Positions 1 to 10,554 of a stretch of DNA of 64,000 nucleotides are shown here, in pieces. A program made the translations under genes and the position numbers. Each line of letters opens with the position of its first letter. The stretch's first letter is position 1. This stretch comes from Aliagarivorans taiwanensis DSM 22990 (GTDB taxonomy: Bacteria > Pseudomonadota > Gammaproteobacteria > Enterobacterales > Celerinatantimonadaceae). The stretch lies in assembly GCF_000429505.1 (NCBI RefSeq), contig NZ_AUBZ01000013.1, positions 3,545 to 67,544 on the forward strand, given 5' to 3'. The notes beneath the pieces were generated by a model. The model saw only the letters and a program-made list of their open reading frames with translations. It ran no database searches and was not told where the DNA came from.

Positions 1-243
1 GTTCATAGCGCGGCCAAACTGGGCCTGCCAGCGTGCATCCACCGAGGGCAGCTTACCCACCGCTTGAATATGGTCCCACTTGCCAAGGCCCATCGGGGCG
101 CGGGCTTCTTCAAGGTTTATGTCGAAGTCGAAGCCTTGTTTAAACGCTTCAACAAAGATGCTGGTGGGGGCGAAGGAGCCGAAATCGACAATGGTGCCGG
201 CCCAATCGAAGATAACCGCTTGTACAGAAGAAGACGTGGTCAT
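1..243 (-). CDS. phnX: phosphonoacetaldehyde hydrolase (phosphonatase) PhnX, N-terminal part; gene continues beyond window start
   Basis: Reverse-strand ATG at 241-243. Translation [61 protein letters not shown] matches the HAD-family PhnX N-terminus (DxAGT motif). Start overlaps the stop of the upstream gene by 4 bp (ATGA). Confidence 0.7.
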   Translation of the reverse strand, partial: MTTSSSVQAVIFDWAGTIVDFGSFAPTSIFVEAFKQGFDFDINLEEARAPMGLGKWDHIQAVGKLPSVDARWQAQFGRAMN

Positions 244-1649
244 GCTTTTACCTCGTAGTTGTAATCGTGACTGACCTGAGCGATGGCGCGCTCAAAGATA
301 TCCAGCGCTTCGCAAAGCTGCTGGCGGGAAATAATCAGCGGCGGACTGAGCTGGATTACGTTGCCCTGCGACACCTTAAAGCTCAGCCCGTCGTTGAGGC
401 ATTGGTAGAGCACCGCTTCGGCTTCATCCAGCGCGCGCTGTTTGGTGTCTTGGTCAGTGACCAGCTCCACGCCCCACAGCAGGCCGATGCCGCGCACATC
501 GCCGATAAGCGGGTAGCGGGCCTGCATGGCGTGCAAGCGTTCGGCCACATAGCGGCTGTCATCGCGGGTTTTCGCTAGCAGGTTTTCTTGCTCAATCGCT
601 TCGATGGTGCCGAGTGCTGCGGCACAGCCTAGTGGGCTTTTCTCGTGGGTGTAGTGGCCCAGCGAGACCTGTGCCGCGCTGTTGTACTTGTCTTTGGTGA
701 CCATGGCGGCAATCGGCACTAAGCCGCCGCCCAGGCCCTTGCCGATGCACAGGATGTCGGGCTCGATATCGTAGGCTTGGTAGGTAAACCATTCGCCGCT
801 GCGGCCCAGGCCGTTGGGGATGTCGTCGATAATCAGCAGCACATTGTGCTTGTCGCAGATCTCGCGGATGCGTTTCCAGTAGGCCTTGCTTGGCACTTGC
901 ACGTCGGTGTTGCGCACGCTCTCGGCGATAAAGGCGCCGATACCGCCTTCTTTCTCAATCACGTATTCCAGATAGTCGGCGTAGTGCAGGTCGCTGCCAT
1001 CGGGCGAGGGCAGGGCGCCACGGTAGCTCACCGCCGGTGGAATCCGCTCGACCCCGGCCATCAGCGGGCCCATGCCTTCACGGAAGCAGGCTTCGCCGCC
1101 CACCGAGATGGCATCGAGCGATGCGCCATGGAAGGAGTCCCACAATGAGACCACCTTGTAGTTGTTGGTAATAAAGCGAGCCAGCTTAAGCGCCATGCCC
1201 ACCACCGAGGTCCCGCCGGGGGCGAACAGTACCCGGTTTAGCTCGCCGCCGCAGATCTCGCTCAGCTTCTCGGCGCAATCGATGGCGACCTCGTTGGTAA
1301 AGCGGCGCGGTGAAAACGGCAGGCTGGCCATCTGCTCACTCACTCGCTTGACTACCTGAGGGTGGCCATAGCCAAGCTGGTGCACGTTGTTGCCGTGAAA
1401 GTCCATATAGCGCTTGCCGGCGCTATCGACGATGTAGATCCCTTCGGCGGCCTGCAGGCTATCCAAACAAGGCGTCGACATCGCTTGATGTAAGAAGATG
1501 TTGGCATCACGCTCCAGCAAGGCTTGGGTCTTGGGGTGCTGGATATTGCTGTTCCACTGCTGGCGGGCGGCGGTGGTGTTCACGTCGCCTTCGCTGCGTA
1601 GGTGCTGCTCACTGTTGGCTTTAGTGCTGCTTAGCTTATTGCTGTCCAC
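240..1649 (-). CDS. PLP-dependent class-III aminotransferase-fold enzyme (possible PbfA-like aminophosphonate lyase/transaminase)
   Basis: 469-aa ORF with class-III aminotransferase layout ([13 protein letters not shown]..., [25 protein letters not shown] with the Schiff-base Lys). It sits between phnW and phnX and is translationally coupled to both. Confidence 0.8.
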   Translation of the reverse strand: MDSNKLSSTKANSEQHLRSEGDVNTTAARQQWNSNIQHPKTQALLERDANIFLHQAMSTPCLDSLQAAEGIYIVDSAGKRYMDFHGNNVHQLGYGHPQVVKRVSEQMASLPFSPRRFTNEVAIDCAEKLSEICGGELNRVLFAPGGTSVVGMALKLARFITNNYKVVSLWDSFHGASLDAISVGGEACFREGMGPLMAGVERIPPAVSYRGALPSPDGSDLHYADYLEYVIEKEGGIGAFIAESVRNTDVQVPSKAYWKRIREICDKHNVLLIIDDIPNGLGRSGEWFTYQAYDIEPDILCIGKGLGGGLVPIAAMVTKDKYNSAAQVSLGHYTHEKSPLGCAAALGTIEAIEQENLLAKTRDDSRYVAERLHAMQARYPLIGDVRGIGLLWGVELVTDQDTKQRALDEAEAVLYQCLNDGLSFKVSQGNVIQLSPPLIISRQQLCEALDIFERAIAQVSHDYNYEVKA

Positions 1650-1651
1650 GC

Positions 1652-2761
1652 TTAGGCCTCCCAGTACATGCTTTGCTGCACGGCGGCAATCAGCCGCTCG
1701 ATATCAGCCGGGTAGACTTCGCCAATGTTACCGATGCGGAAGCAATCGGCGTTGGACACCTTACCCGGGTAGATCACAAAGCCGCGCTGCTTAAGGTTGA
1801 GATAGAAGCGCTTGAAGTCGTAATCGCTGTGCTCGGGCGAGTAGAATGAGGTGATAATCGGTGAGTGAAGCGACTCATCCAACAGCGGGGTGAAGCCCAG
1901 CGAGCGCATGCCCTGCACCAAGACCTTTTGGTTCTCTTTGTAGCGCTTGTGGCGGGCGGCAATCCCCCCTTCAGCTTCCAGCTCAAGCAGCGCTTGGTAG
2001 AAGGCACGTACGGTATGCGTGGGGGAGGTAAAGCGCCACTTGCCGTGATTCACTTCCATGCAATGCCATTGGTCATACAGGTCGAGGCTGAGCGAACGCG
2101 CCTGCCCCTTGCATTTATCCAACTCACTTTGCTTGGCAATCACAAAGCCAAAGCCCGGTACACCCTGAATACACTTGTTGGCCGAGCTAATCAGAAAATC
2201 GATACCCAGCTCGCCCACGTCCATTGGGATACCGCCGAAGCTCGACATGGCATCGACGATCATGGTCTTGCCATGGTCCTTGGCCAGCTTACAGATGGCC
2301 TCGATGGGGTTGAGTATGCCGGTGGTGGTTTCGCAATGCACCGTTGCCACATGGGTGATGCTGTCATCCTGTTTAAGGTGTTGGGCAATGGCGTCCAGCG
2401 ATGGTTGGGCCGTCTCGCCCGGTGCGACCACTTTACAAGGGATGTTGAGGTAGCTGGCAATCTGGGCGATACGTGCGCCATAAGCGCCATTGTTGACCAC
2501 CAATAGTTTGCCCTGCGGGTCAATGGCGCTGCCGATGGTGGCTTCCACCGAGGCGGTGCCGCTGCCTTGCATCAGCACGCTGGTATAGCCGGGCTGGTTG
2601 GTAGCCAGTGCAACTAGTTTTCCGCGGATAACTTCGACGATGTCTTTGTTGTAATCATCGTCCCAGGTGCACCAGTCTTTTAGCATGGCGACCCGCACCG
2701 ATTCCGAGGTAGAGAGCGGGCCGGGCGTGAGCAGTAGGTAATCGTTTTTCATATCAATCAA
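1652..2761 (-). CDS. phnW: 2-aminoethylphosphonate--pyruvate transaminase
   Basis: 369-aa class-V aminotransferase. N-terminus [16 protein letters not shown] is typical of PhnW. Lies immediately upstream of the aminotransferase and phnX on the same strand. Confidence 0.85.
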   Translation of the reverse strand: MIDMKNDYLLLTPGPLSTSESVRVAMLKDWCTWDDDYNKDIVEVIRGKLVALATNQPGYTSVLMQGSGTASVEATIGSAIDPQGKLLVVNNGAYGARIAQIASYLNIPCKVVAPGETAQPSLDAIAQHLKQDDSITHVATVHCETTTGILNPIEAICKLAKDHGKTMIVDAMSSFGGIPMDVGELGIDFLISSANKCIQGVPGFGFVIAKQSELDKCKGQARSLSLDLYDQWHCMEVNHGKWRFTSPTHTVRAFYQALLELEAEGGIAARHKRYKENQKVLVQGMRSLGFTPLLDESLHSPIITSFYSPEHSDYDFKRFYLNLKQRGFVIYPGKVSNADCFRIGNIGEVYPADIERLIAAVQQSMYWEA

Positions 2762-2970
2762 TTTGGACTATACCAGAGTTGCTGCAGACTCTAACAACCC
2801 GCTATGGCGCGGTAAATAGCTCTCCAACCAGTGTCATAAAAGATTCACGGGTAGTTTTGCTCATCCATCGCAGACGAGCACGATTTAGAAAAACTGACAT
2901 TTTTCGTTCATGCAAACGTCATATATCCCGCCTACCTTAAAAATCACCAAACTGGTACAGACCAAAAATC

Positions 2971-3996
2971 ATGAATTTGGAGATAATCATGCAAAACCGT
3001 TTTGCTTTAGGAGCTCTGGCTGCCGCAGTCGCTTTGATGAGTAATGCCGCTGTGGCTGCTCAAGAGGTGACGGTTTACACTGCGTTTGAAACTGACATCC
3101 TGGCTAAATACAAGAATGCTTTTGAAGCTGAAAACCCAGGGATTACCATTAAGTGGGTACGCGACTCAACCGGCATCATGACCGCTAAGTTATTGGCAGA
3201 AAAAGCAAACCCACAAGCCGAAGTGGTTTGGGGCCTGGCGGGCTCTTCCATGGCGCTACTGAAAAACGAAGGCATTCTTCAGCCCTACACCCCGCAAGGT
3301 CTGGATCAGCTGCGCGCTAGCCTGAACGACCCACAACAGCAGCAAGCATGGTACGGCAACGACGCGTTCTTCAACGCAATCTGCTTTAACGAAGTCGTTG
3401 CGCAGCAGCATAACTTGTCTAAACCAGAGTCTTGGGAAGACCTGACCAAGCCCGAGTACCAAGGCCACATCGCCATGCCAAACCCTGCCTCTTCAGGCAC
3501 CGGCTACATGCAGGTATCTGCGTGGCTGCAAAACATGGGCGACGAGCAAGGTTGGGACTACATGGCCCGCCTGGATGACAACATCGCTCACTACACCCAC
3601 TCTGGCTCTAAGCCTTGTGTACAGGCTGCGATGGGCGAAGTGGCAATCGGTATCTCTATGGCTAGCCGCGGCGCCAAGCTGAAGACTCAAGGCGCACCGA
3701 TTAAAGTGATTACCCCTGAAGGTATTGGCTGGGAATCTGAAGCGGTTGGCCTAGTTAAGTCATCTGAAGCCGCGCAGCGTGTGGTTGACTGGTCTATCTC
3801 AAAAGCGGCGAACGAGCTGTACGTTGAGATGTACCCAGTGGTTGGTCACGTTGATGTGAAAGCGGAAGTTGCTAACTTCCCAGATGTGGAAGCGAAAATG
3901 GCAGAGATGGACTTCGCGCGTATGGGCGATGAGCGTGCCGTTGTCCTAAAAGATTGGTCTGACCGCTTCGATGCGAAATCAGAGCCGAAGTCTTAA
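2971..3996 (+). CDS. phnS: periplasmic substrate-binding protein of AEP / Fe(III)-type ABC transporter (PhnS-like)
   Basis: 341 aa with a signal peptide (ALMSNAAVAAQE) and a solute-binding-protein family-1 fold. Divergent from phnW. Followed by an intrinsic terminator. Confidence 0.75.
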   Translation: MNLEIIMQNRFALGALAAAVALMSNAAVAAQEVTVYTAFETDILAKYKNAFEAENPGITIKWVRDSTGIMTAKLLAEKANPQAEVVWGLAGSSMALLKNEGILQPYTPQGLDQLRASLNDPQQQQAWYGNDAFFNAICFNEVVAQQHNLSKPESWEDLTKPEYQGHIAMPNPASSGTGYMQVSAWLQNMGDEQGWDYMARLDDNIAHYTHSGSKPCVQAAMGEVAIGISMASRGAKLKTQGAPIKVITPEGIGWESEAVGLVKSSEAAQRVVDWSISKAANELYVEMYPVVGHVDVKAEVANFPDVEAKMAEMDFARMGDERAVVLKDWSDRFDAKSEPKS

Positions 3997-4038
3997 TTCG
4001 CGATTTCTCTAGATAGCTCCGCTATCTAGCTACCTGAA

Positions 4039-4081
4039 CGGCTGAAGCTTGGTATGTCATTGCTTCGGCCGTTTTTTTTTA
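4039..4081 (+). terminator. rho-independent terminator after phnS
   Basis: GC-rich hairpin CGGCTGAAGC...GCTTCGGCCG followed by a T9 run. Confidence 0.7.
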
Positions 4082-4116
4082 GCTCTTCAGCACCTTTTTA
4101 ATCTGAGCCTTAACCT

Positions 4117-5466
4117 ATGAACGATCAACAAATCAGTCGCGAACAGGGCGATGTTAACCTGTCCGAGCAGCGTACGCAGTTCCAACAGCAACACCTCGAC
4201 CCTCGCTCCCGCGAACTGGTGGAGAAAGACCAGCAGCTGTTTTTACACCAGAGCCTGAGCACACCGGTGCTGCATGCACTCAGTCATTCCGAAGGCGCTT
4301 ACATTGTCGATATGGCGGGCAAGCGCTATCTGGACTGCCACGGCAACGGGGTACATGCCGCTGGCTTTAACAACGACTATGTGTGTGAAAAGGTGGTGGA
4401 CGCACTGCGCAGCAAGAACACCTTTACCTCGCGCCGCTACACCAACTCCAACATTGTTGGCTTGGCGGAAAAGCTGATTGCGGTGACCCCTGAAGGGCTG
4501 GATCGGGTATCGTTCTGCCCGGGCGGCTCCGAGGCTATCGAGCTGGCGGTGTCGATCGCCAAGTCTTACACCAACAAATGGAAGACCATCTCGTTTTGGG
4601 ACTCCTACCACGGCAATGGCTTTCAATCGGCCAGCCTGGGCGGCGAGCGCCTGTTTAAAAAACGCCTTGGGCCGATGGTGCCGGGCGCACTGCATGTGGA
4701 CTTCCCCAACTACCAAAACAACCCTTGGGGCTTTACCGATCAGCGACAAGTCGATGATGAAATCCTTCGTCAGATGCGCACCTTGTTTGAAAAAGAAGGT
4801 GATATCGCCTGTGTGGTGGGCGAACCGATCAGTGCCACGCCGGTGATGCCGACGCGCTATTTCTGGCAGCAGGTGAAGCTGTTATGTGAAGAGCACGGGG
4901 CGCTGTTGATCTTTGATGAGATCATCGAGGGCTTCGGTCGCACCGGCAAGATGTTTGCCTGCGAGCACTATGTGACCCCCGATATCTTGGTGCTGGGCAA
5001 GTCGCTCGGCGGCGGGCTGATGCCGTTTGCAGGCGTAGTGGTTAACGAGAAGTACAACGTGTTGGAGACCCAGTCGGTGGGCCATTACACCCACGAGAAA
5101 AACGGGCTATGTGGCGCGGCAGGTCTGGCGATGATTGAGTATCTCGAGATGCATCAACTGGTGGAGAACTCCGCCAAGTTGGGTGAGTACTTGATGGAAC
5201 GCTTCAAGCAGATGCAAACGAGCTACCCCATCGTTGGCAGTGTCGATGGCATCGGCCTGCATATCGGCCTTGAGATCCTAAGCGCTGATGGCAGCGGCCA
5301 GCGTGGGGTCGAAGAAGCGGAGCGGATCATGTACCAGTGCTTCGAGAACGGCTTGGCGTTTAAATTGATTGAGAGCAGCATTATTACCCTGCGCCCATCG
5401 CTGGTGATCACCTTGGAAGACGCCAAGTTTATCGCCGACACCATTGAGGCGGCGATTGTGGCATAG
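4117..5466 (+). CDS. PLP-dependent class-III aminotransferase-fold enzyme, paralog of the 240..1649 product
   Basis: 449 aa. Shares the N-terminal block FLHQSLSTP...EGAYIVDMAGKRYLDCHGNGVH with the 240..1649 product, plus DEIIEGFGRTGKMF and LVLGKSLGGGL motifs. Confidence 0.8.
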   Translation: MNDQQISREQGDVNLSEQRTQFQQQHLDPRSRELVEKDQQLFLHQSLSTPVLHALSHSEGAYIVDMAGKRYLDCHGNGVHAAGFNNDYVCEKVVDALRSKNTFTSRRYTNSNIVGLAEKLIAVTPEGLDRVSFCPGGSEAIELAVSIAKSYTNKWKTISFWDSYHGNGFQSASLGGERLFKKRLGPMVPGALHVDFPNYQNNPWGFTDQRQVDDEILRQMRTLFEKEGDIACVVGEPISATPVMPTRYFWQQVKLLCEEHGALLIFDEIIEGFGRTGKMFACEHYVTPDILVLGKSLGGGLMPFAGVVVNEKYNVLETQSVGHYTHEKNGLCGAAGLAMIEYLEMHQLVENSAKLGEYLMERFKQMQTSYPIVGSVDGIGLHIGLEILSADGSGQRGVEEAERIMYQCFENGLAFKLIESSIITLRPSLVITLEDAKFIADTIEAAIVA

Positions 5467-5561
5467 CTGGCGTAACGGCGCGGTGTCGTATTACCAGAGT
5501 CGCTGCTAGACGCGTTGCCAGAGAGGCATAGCAGTTTATAATCAAGCGATTAGTAAACTGC

Positions 5562-7028
5562 ATGGTTATTCCTATGAGCCTGACCAGCCTCTCTCCTTTC
5601 CCCTTACTCTATCAACTCAACACCCGAGTCGAGCTGCGAAAGCTCAGCGAACAGCTCGGCCGAGCCGCTACCCTCGATGATATTGATGACGCCTTGTTAA
5701 AAGCACTTCGCGAGCAAGGCTTTCAGTGGCTATGGCTGCTGGGCGTGTGGCAGACCGGGCCGCTTGGTCAGCAGATCTCGCGCCAACACCCCAGCTGGCA
5801 GGAGGAGTTTCGCCACACGCTGCCGGATCTAAGCGATGACGATATCCCCGGCTCATGTTTTGCGGTGTATGACTATCAGGTGCATGGCGAACTCGGTGGC
5901 AATGCCGCGCTGCTAAGGCTTCGCAAACGGGCACATGCCGCGGGGCTGCGGGTGATGCTGGATTTTGTCCCCAACCATATGGCGCCGGACCACCCGTGGC
6001 TGGAGTCGCATCCGGACTACTTTATCCAAGGCGATCAGGCGCTGCTTGAAAGCCAGCCAGATAACTATTATTTGCTTGGTGAGAGTGCGCTAGGCGAGCC
6101 TGCGCGCATTGTCGCCCATGGCCGCGACCCTTATTTCCCCGGCTGGCCCGATACCGCTCAGCTTGATTACGCCAACCCCGAGTGTCATCAGGCGATGCTG
6201 CAACAGCTATTGCGGATCAGCGAGCTATGCGACGGGCTGCGCTGCGATATGGCGATGCTACTCGAGCCGCATATCTTTGAGCAGACCTGGGGGCGAGCGT
6301 GCGCGCCGTTCTGGCCAGAGGCGATTGCCCGGGTCAAACAGGCCCATCCCGCGTTTACCTTTATGGCCGAAGTGTATTGGGGGCGTGAGTGGGCGATGCA
6401 GCAACAAGGCTTTAATTTCGCCTACGACAAGGAGCTGCTGGATCGCTTGATTGCCGGCGACGCCGAACATATCACCGGCCACCTGCGGGCCGAACCTGAC
6501 TACCAACATCGTCTGGCGCGCTTTTTAGAAAACCACGATGAGCAGCGCGCCGCCAAGGTGTTTTTTGATAAGCAGCATCAGGCAGCCGCCTTGCTGAGCT
6601 ACCTAAGCCCCGGGCTACGCTTTTTCCAGCACGGCCAGCTTGAAGGTTGGCGTACCCATATTCCTCCGCACCTTAATCGCGGCCCGCAGGAGCAGACTAA
6701 CCCTGAGCTTGCAGAATTTTATCGCGACCTGTTGGTGGTGCTCGGGCGCGAAGTGGTTCATCGCGGTCAGTGGTGCTTGCTCGACACCAAGTTGGCCGCG
6801 CCGTTAATCGGCATTCGCTGGAGAGGGGAAGGGCACCAGCCACTGCTAGTGGTGGTCAACTACAGTGCGCAATCGAGCGCTAGCGAGCTTGATGTCAGCG
6901 CTCTACTTGAGGCGTCTAAGCCGCGTGTGTTAATGCAACAGGGTGCTCAGCTCGCCTCTGATAAGTTTGAGAAGTTCACGTTAGGGCCTTGGGGCTATGT
7001 GATTGTGGAAGGGGAGTCGGTTCGCTAG
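5562..7028 (+). CDS. cytoplasmic alpha-amylase-family (GH13-like) protein
   Basis: 488 aa with no signal peptide. All four GH13 regions are recognisable: VMLDFVPNHMAPDHPW (I), GLRCDMAMLL (II, nucleophile Asp), FMAEVYW (III, Glu), FLENHDEQR (IV). Confidence 0.7.
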   Translation: MVIPMSLTSLSPFPLLYQLNTRVELRKLSEQLGRAATLDDIDDALLKALREQGFQWLWLLGVWQTGPLGQQISRQHPSWQEEFRHTLPDLSDDDIPGSCFAVYDYQVHGELGGNAALLRLRKRAHAAGLRVMLDFVPNHMAPDHPWLESHPDYFIQGDQALLESQPDNYYLLGESALGEPARIVAHGRDPYFPGWPDTAQLDYANPECHQAMLQQLLRISELCDGLRCDMAMLLEPHIFEQTWGRACAPFWPEAIARVKQAHPAFTFMAEVYWGREWAMQQQGFNFAYDKELLDRLIAGDAEHITGHLRAEPDYQHRLARFLENHDEQRAAKVFFDKQHQAAALLSYLSPGLRFFQHGQLEGWRTHIPPHLNRGPQEQTNPELAEFYRDLLVVLGREVVHRGQWCLLDTKLAAPLIGIRWRGEGHQPLLVVVNYSAQSSASELDVSALLEASKPRVLMQQGAQLASDKFEKFTLGPWGYVIVEGESVR

Positions 7029-7408
7029 CCACCGCGCTTACTCAAGGCACGAATATAGGCAAAGATATTCTCCGCATCTTGCGGGCTGAGGATCGTTTTA
7101 AATGCTGGCATCCCTTGTTCCGGCTTGCCGCTGAGCACCACTTGGTGGATCAGGTAGGTATCGTTGGTAAGCGGATTGCGTAGGGTTTGCACCAGGTTGG
7201 CCGGGGGGCTGAGTTGCTCGGTGGCTACCGGTCCCTTGCCTTGCGCATATTTGCCATGGCAGCGCATGCAGTATTCAAGGTACAAATCTTTGCCAAGGGT
7301 GGGATTGCCGCCTTTGGCATCGACCAAATTAATTGAGATAAACACAATGACCAGAATCGCAACGATGGTCATTAGCACGGTTGCAAAAGACTCTATCCCA
7401 CTGTTCAA
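7025..7408 (-). CDS. membrane-anchored class-I cytochrome c
   Basis: 127 aa with an N-terminal TM helix and a single CMRCHG heme-binding motif. Convergent with the GH13 gene, with a 4-bp overlap. Confidence 0.65.
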   Translation of the reverse strand: MNSGIESFATVLMTIVAILVIVFISINLVDAKGGNPTLGKDLYLEYCMRCHGKYAQGKGPVATEQLSPPANLVQTLRNPLTNDTYLIHQVVLSGKPEQGMPAFKTILSPQDAENIFAYIRALSKRGG

Positions 7409-7714
7409 ACAGACCTCCAGAGAGCGCTATGCTGCCTTTACGTCTGGCTTTGAGCGTAGACCAGTGGTGGCTGTTCTTCCTGACCTCAAGGCGTTTTCAT
7501 GGCGCTGTTAACATTTCACGCCTGCGGAAAAAGGATCATTTGACGATCGCTCGCTGTTGGGCTTATCCACTGCAGCGCTAAACGTTCATCGACTGTCTTG
7601 TTCCACTATCGCTCGCTGCAGTTGGGGGCGATGAGATCTACACGTCGTCATCTTATTGCAATAGTTGCCCTCTACTCTTTGGACTATACCAATATTTAGG
7701 GCTGTTTCGCAGTT

Positions 7715-8806
7715 ATGAGCACTTCTGAACATTATCTGGTGATTGACCGTCTGGCCAAGCAGTTTGGCCAGTTCACCGCACTCAAAGAGATTTCACTCCA
7801 TATCGAGAAAGGCGAGTTTGTGTGCTTTCTTGGGCCATCGGGTTGCGGCAAAACCACCTTGCTGCGAGCGATAGCGGGTTTGGACCTGCCAAGTAGCGGC
7901 AAGATCACCCAGAACGGCGCGGATACCACCTTCCTGCCGCCGGAGAAACGTGACTTCGGGATTGTGTTCCAGTCTTACGCCCTGTTTCCCAACCTGACAG
8001 TGCAAGAGAACATCGCGCTGGGGCTGAAAAATCAGGGCATGTCGACCCAAGACGCCTTGGGCAAGGTTGATGAGTGGCTGGCGCTGATTGGCCTGCCGGG
8101 TTCGGGGCACAAGTTCCCGAATCAGCTCTCGGGTGGTCAGCAGCAGCGAGTGGCTTTGGCGCGTGCTTTGGCCTTGTCGCCGGGCTTGCTGCTGTTGGAT
8201 GAGCCGCTTTCGGCGCTGGATGCCAAGGTGCGTACCCATCTGCGTGACGAGATCTGCCAGCTGCAACGCAAATTGGGCATCACCACCATTATGGTGACCC
8301 ACGACCAAGACGAAGCGCTCACCATGGCGGATCGCATTGTGGTGATGAACCACGGCGTGATTGAGCAGGTGGGGACTCCGCAGGAGATCTACCAGCAGCC
8401 CGCCAGTCGTTTTGTGGCCGAGTTTGTCGGCAAGATGAACTTTATCGAGAGCTCGGTTGTGGCCAAGCGCCAACTAAGAGTCGCCGAGTCTATCTTCGAT
8501 TCGCCGGAGCTGAGTAACCACCAACCCGAGGTGGGCGAGCTGCTATCACTGGCGGTGCGCCCTGAGCGCGTACGTTTTGTGGACGCGTCAGAGCAAAGCC
8601 TGCCAGTGAAGGTCTGCAGCCAGGAGTTTATGGGGGCCTTCTACCGCGTTGAGTGCGAGCTGCTAAACGATAGTGAGGCTGAGCTGGTGATCGCCGATAT
8701 CGGCATTGAGGCGCACACCAAGCTGGCGTTGCAAGATGGTGATGTTCGCCATATCGATATCAGCAGCTGCGGCATGCTGGCCTATCCGTCGGCGCTAGCC
8801 AGCTAG
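7715..8806 (+). CDS. phnT: ABC transporter ATP-binding protein (PhnT/PotA-like)
   Basis: Walker A GPSGCGKTT, ABC signature LSGGQQQRVALARAL, Walker B LLLLDEPLSALD, and a C-terminal TOBE-like extension. Confidence 0.85.
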   Translation: MSTSEHYLVIDRLAKQFGQFTALKEISLHIEKGEFVCFLGPSGCGKTTLLRAIAGLDLPSSGKITQNGADTTFLPPEKRDFGIVFQSYALFPNLTVQENIALGLKNQGMSTQDALGKVDEWLALIGLPGSGHKFPNQLSGGQQQRVALARALALSPGLLLLDEPLSALDAKVRTHLRDEICQLQRKLGITTIMVTHDQDEALTMADRIVVMNHGVIEQVGTPQEIYQQPASRFVAEFVGKMNFIESSVVAKRQLRVAESIFDSPELSNHQPEVGELLSLAVRPERVRFVDASEQSLPVKVCSQEFMGAFYRVECELLNDSEAELVIADIGIEAHTKLALQDGDVRHIDISSCGMLAYPSALAS

Positions 8807-8815
8807 GAGAGCACA

Positions 8816-10540
8816 ATGACCACCTTAACCCTGTCCAATACCGGCGGCTCTTGGCTCGAACAGCTACTGCGCCGACGTGAACGCTTGAGTCGTGACAACC
8901 TGTTGCTCGGCGGCTTGCTGGTGTTGCTGTGCGGCTTTATGGCGATGTTTGTGGCGCTGCCGCTGTGGGCGATGTTCAGTAAAAGCTTGCAGAACCGTAG
9001 TGGCGAGTTTGTGGGTCTTGAAAACTTTGCCAACTACTTCGCCTCTCCGGCGCTGTGGCAGTCGCTGACCAACACCCTGACGCTGGGGCTGCTGGTGACT
9101 ACGATTGTCACCACCTTAGCGTTTACCTACGCCTATGCGCTAACCCGCTCGTGCATGCCACTAAAAGGCCTGTTTCAGGTACTGGGCACTGCGCCGATTC
9201 TGGCGCCCTCGCTGCTACCGGCGATTAGCCTGATTTTCTTGTTCGGCAACCAAGGGGTGGCCCGTGAGCTACTTGGTGGCAACTCGGTCTACGGCTTGGT
9301 GGGCATCGCCATGGGCTTGGTGTTCTGGACCTTTCCCCATGCTCTGATGATCCTGAACACCTCGCTGCGCACCTCGGATGCACGCCTGTACGAGGCGGCC
9401 AAGGCGCTGAAAACTTCGCCCTTTAAAACCTTTATGATTGTCACGCTGCCAGCGGCCAAATACGGCCTGATCAGCACGCTGATCGTGGTGTTCACGCTAG
9501 TGGTCTGTGACTTTGGTGTGCCCAAGGTGATTGGTGGCAGCTACAACGTGCTGGCCACCGATATCTTCAAGCAGGTGGTGGGGCAGCAAAACTTCTCCAT
9601 GGGCGCGGTGACCAGTATCTTGCTGTTGGTGCCTGCCTTGCTGGCCTTTGTGGCCGACCGCTGGGTGCAGAAAAAACAAAAGAGCCTGTTCGATACCCGT
9701 TCGGTGGCCTATCAACCAGAGCCCAACAAATTGCGCGATGGCCTGTGCCTGCTGTACTGTGGCGTGATTTCGCTAGCGGTATTAGTAGTGCTGGGCATGG
9801 CGGTGTATGGCTCCTTGGTCACCTTCTGGCCGTGGAACAAGGCACTGACCCTGAACAACTACAACTTCGCAGAGATGAGCACCTACGGCTGGTCGCCGTA
9901 CTTTAACTCGCTACGCCTTGGTGGCTGGACCGCGCTGTTTGGCACCATCATTATCTTTATCGGTGCCTACGCGATTGAAAAAGGCCGCTCTTACGCGCCA
10001 ATGCGTCAGGCGCTGCAGATGTTCTCGGTGGTGCCAATGGCGGTGCCGGGGATGGTGCTAGGCTTGGGCTATATCTTCTTCTTTAACGACCCGGCCAATC
10101 CGCTCAATGTGATGTATGGCACCATGGCGTTCTTGGTGGTCAATACGGTGGTGCACTACTACACCGTTGGACATATGACCGCGCTGGCCGCGCTAAAACA
10201 GTTGCCTGCGGAGATTGAGGCTACTGCCGCCTCGGTGAAACTGCCCCAGTACAAGCTGTTTTTTAAGGTGACGGTACCGGTGTGCCTGCCGGCGATTCTG
10301 GACATAGCCACCTACATGTTTGTCAATGCACTGACAACCACCTCAGCAGTTGTGTTTTTGTATGCAACCGATACTATTCCTGCTTCAGTGTCGGTGTTGA
10401 ACATGGACGATGCCGGTCAAACCGGTGCTGCCGCCGCGATGGCGGTAATGATTATGCTCTCGGCGGCTGCGGCGAAACTGCTGCACATGCTGATAGCGAA
10501 GTTGCTGGAAGGCAAAACCCAAGGCTGGCGTAAGCGTTAA
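8816..10540 (+). CDS. fused two-domain ABC transporter permease (PhnU/PhnV-type, Fe(III)/AEP family)
   Basis: 574 aa with about 12 TM segments as two tandem permease halves. Start is 10 bp after the ATPase stop. Confidence 0.8.
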   Translation: MTTLTLSNTGGSWLEQLLRRRERLSRDNLLLGGLLVLLCGFMAMFVALPLWAMFSKSLQNRSGEFVGLENFANYFASPALWQSLTNTLTLGLLVTTIVTTLAFTYAYALTRSCMPLKGLFQVLGTAPILAPSLLPAISLIFLFGNQGVARELLGGNSVYGLVGIAMGLVFWTFPHALMILNTSLRTSDARLYEAAKALKTSPFKTFMIVTLPAAKYGLISTLIVVFTLVVCDFGVPKVIGGSYNVLATDIFKQVVGQQNFSMGAVTSILLLVPALLAFVADRWVQKKQKSLFDTRSVAYQPEPNKLRDGLCLLYCGVISLAVLVVLGMAVYGSLVTFWPWNKALTLNNYNFAEMSTYGWSPYFNSLRLGGWTALFGTIIIFIGAYAIEKGRSYAPMRQALQMFSVVPMAVPGMVLGLGYIFFFNDPANPLNVMYGTMAFLVVNTVVHYYTVGHMTALAALKQLPAEIEATAASVKLPQYKLFFKVTVPVCLPAILDIATYMFVNALTTTSAVVFLYATDTIPASVSVLNMDDAGQTGAAAAMAVMIMLSAAAAKLLHMLIAKLLEGKTQGWRKR

Positions 10541-10554
10541 TACAGGAAAGCACG

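Noticed and set aside
7793-8473. 226-aa minus-strand ORF overlapping the ABC ATPase gene.
   Set aside because: It is antisense to a gene with unmistakable Walker A/B and ABC signature motifs, and its product has no recognisable domain.
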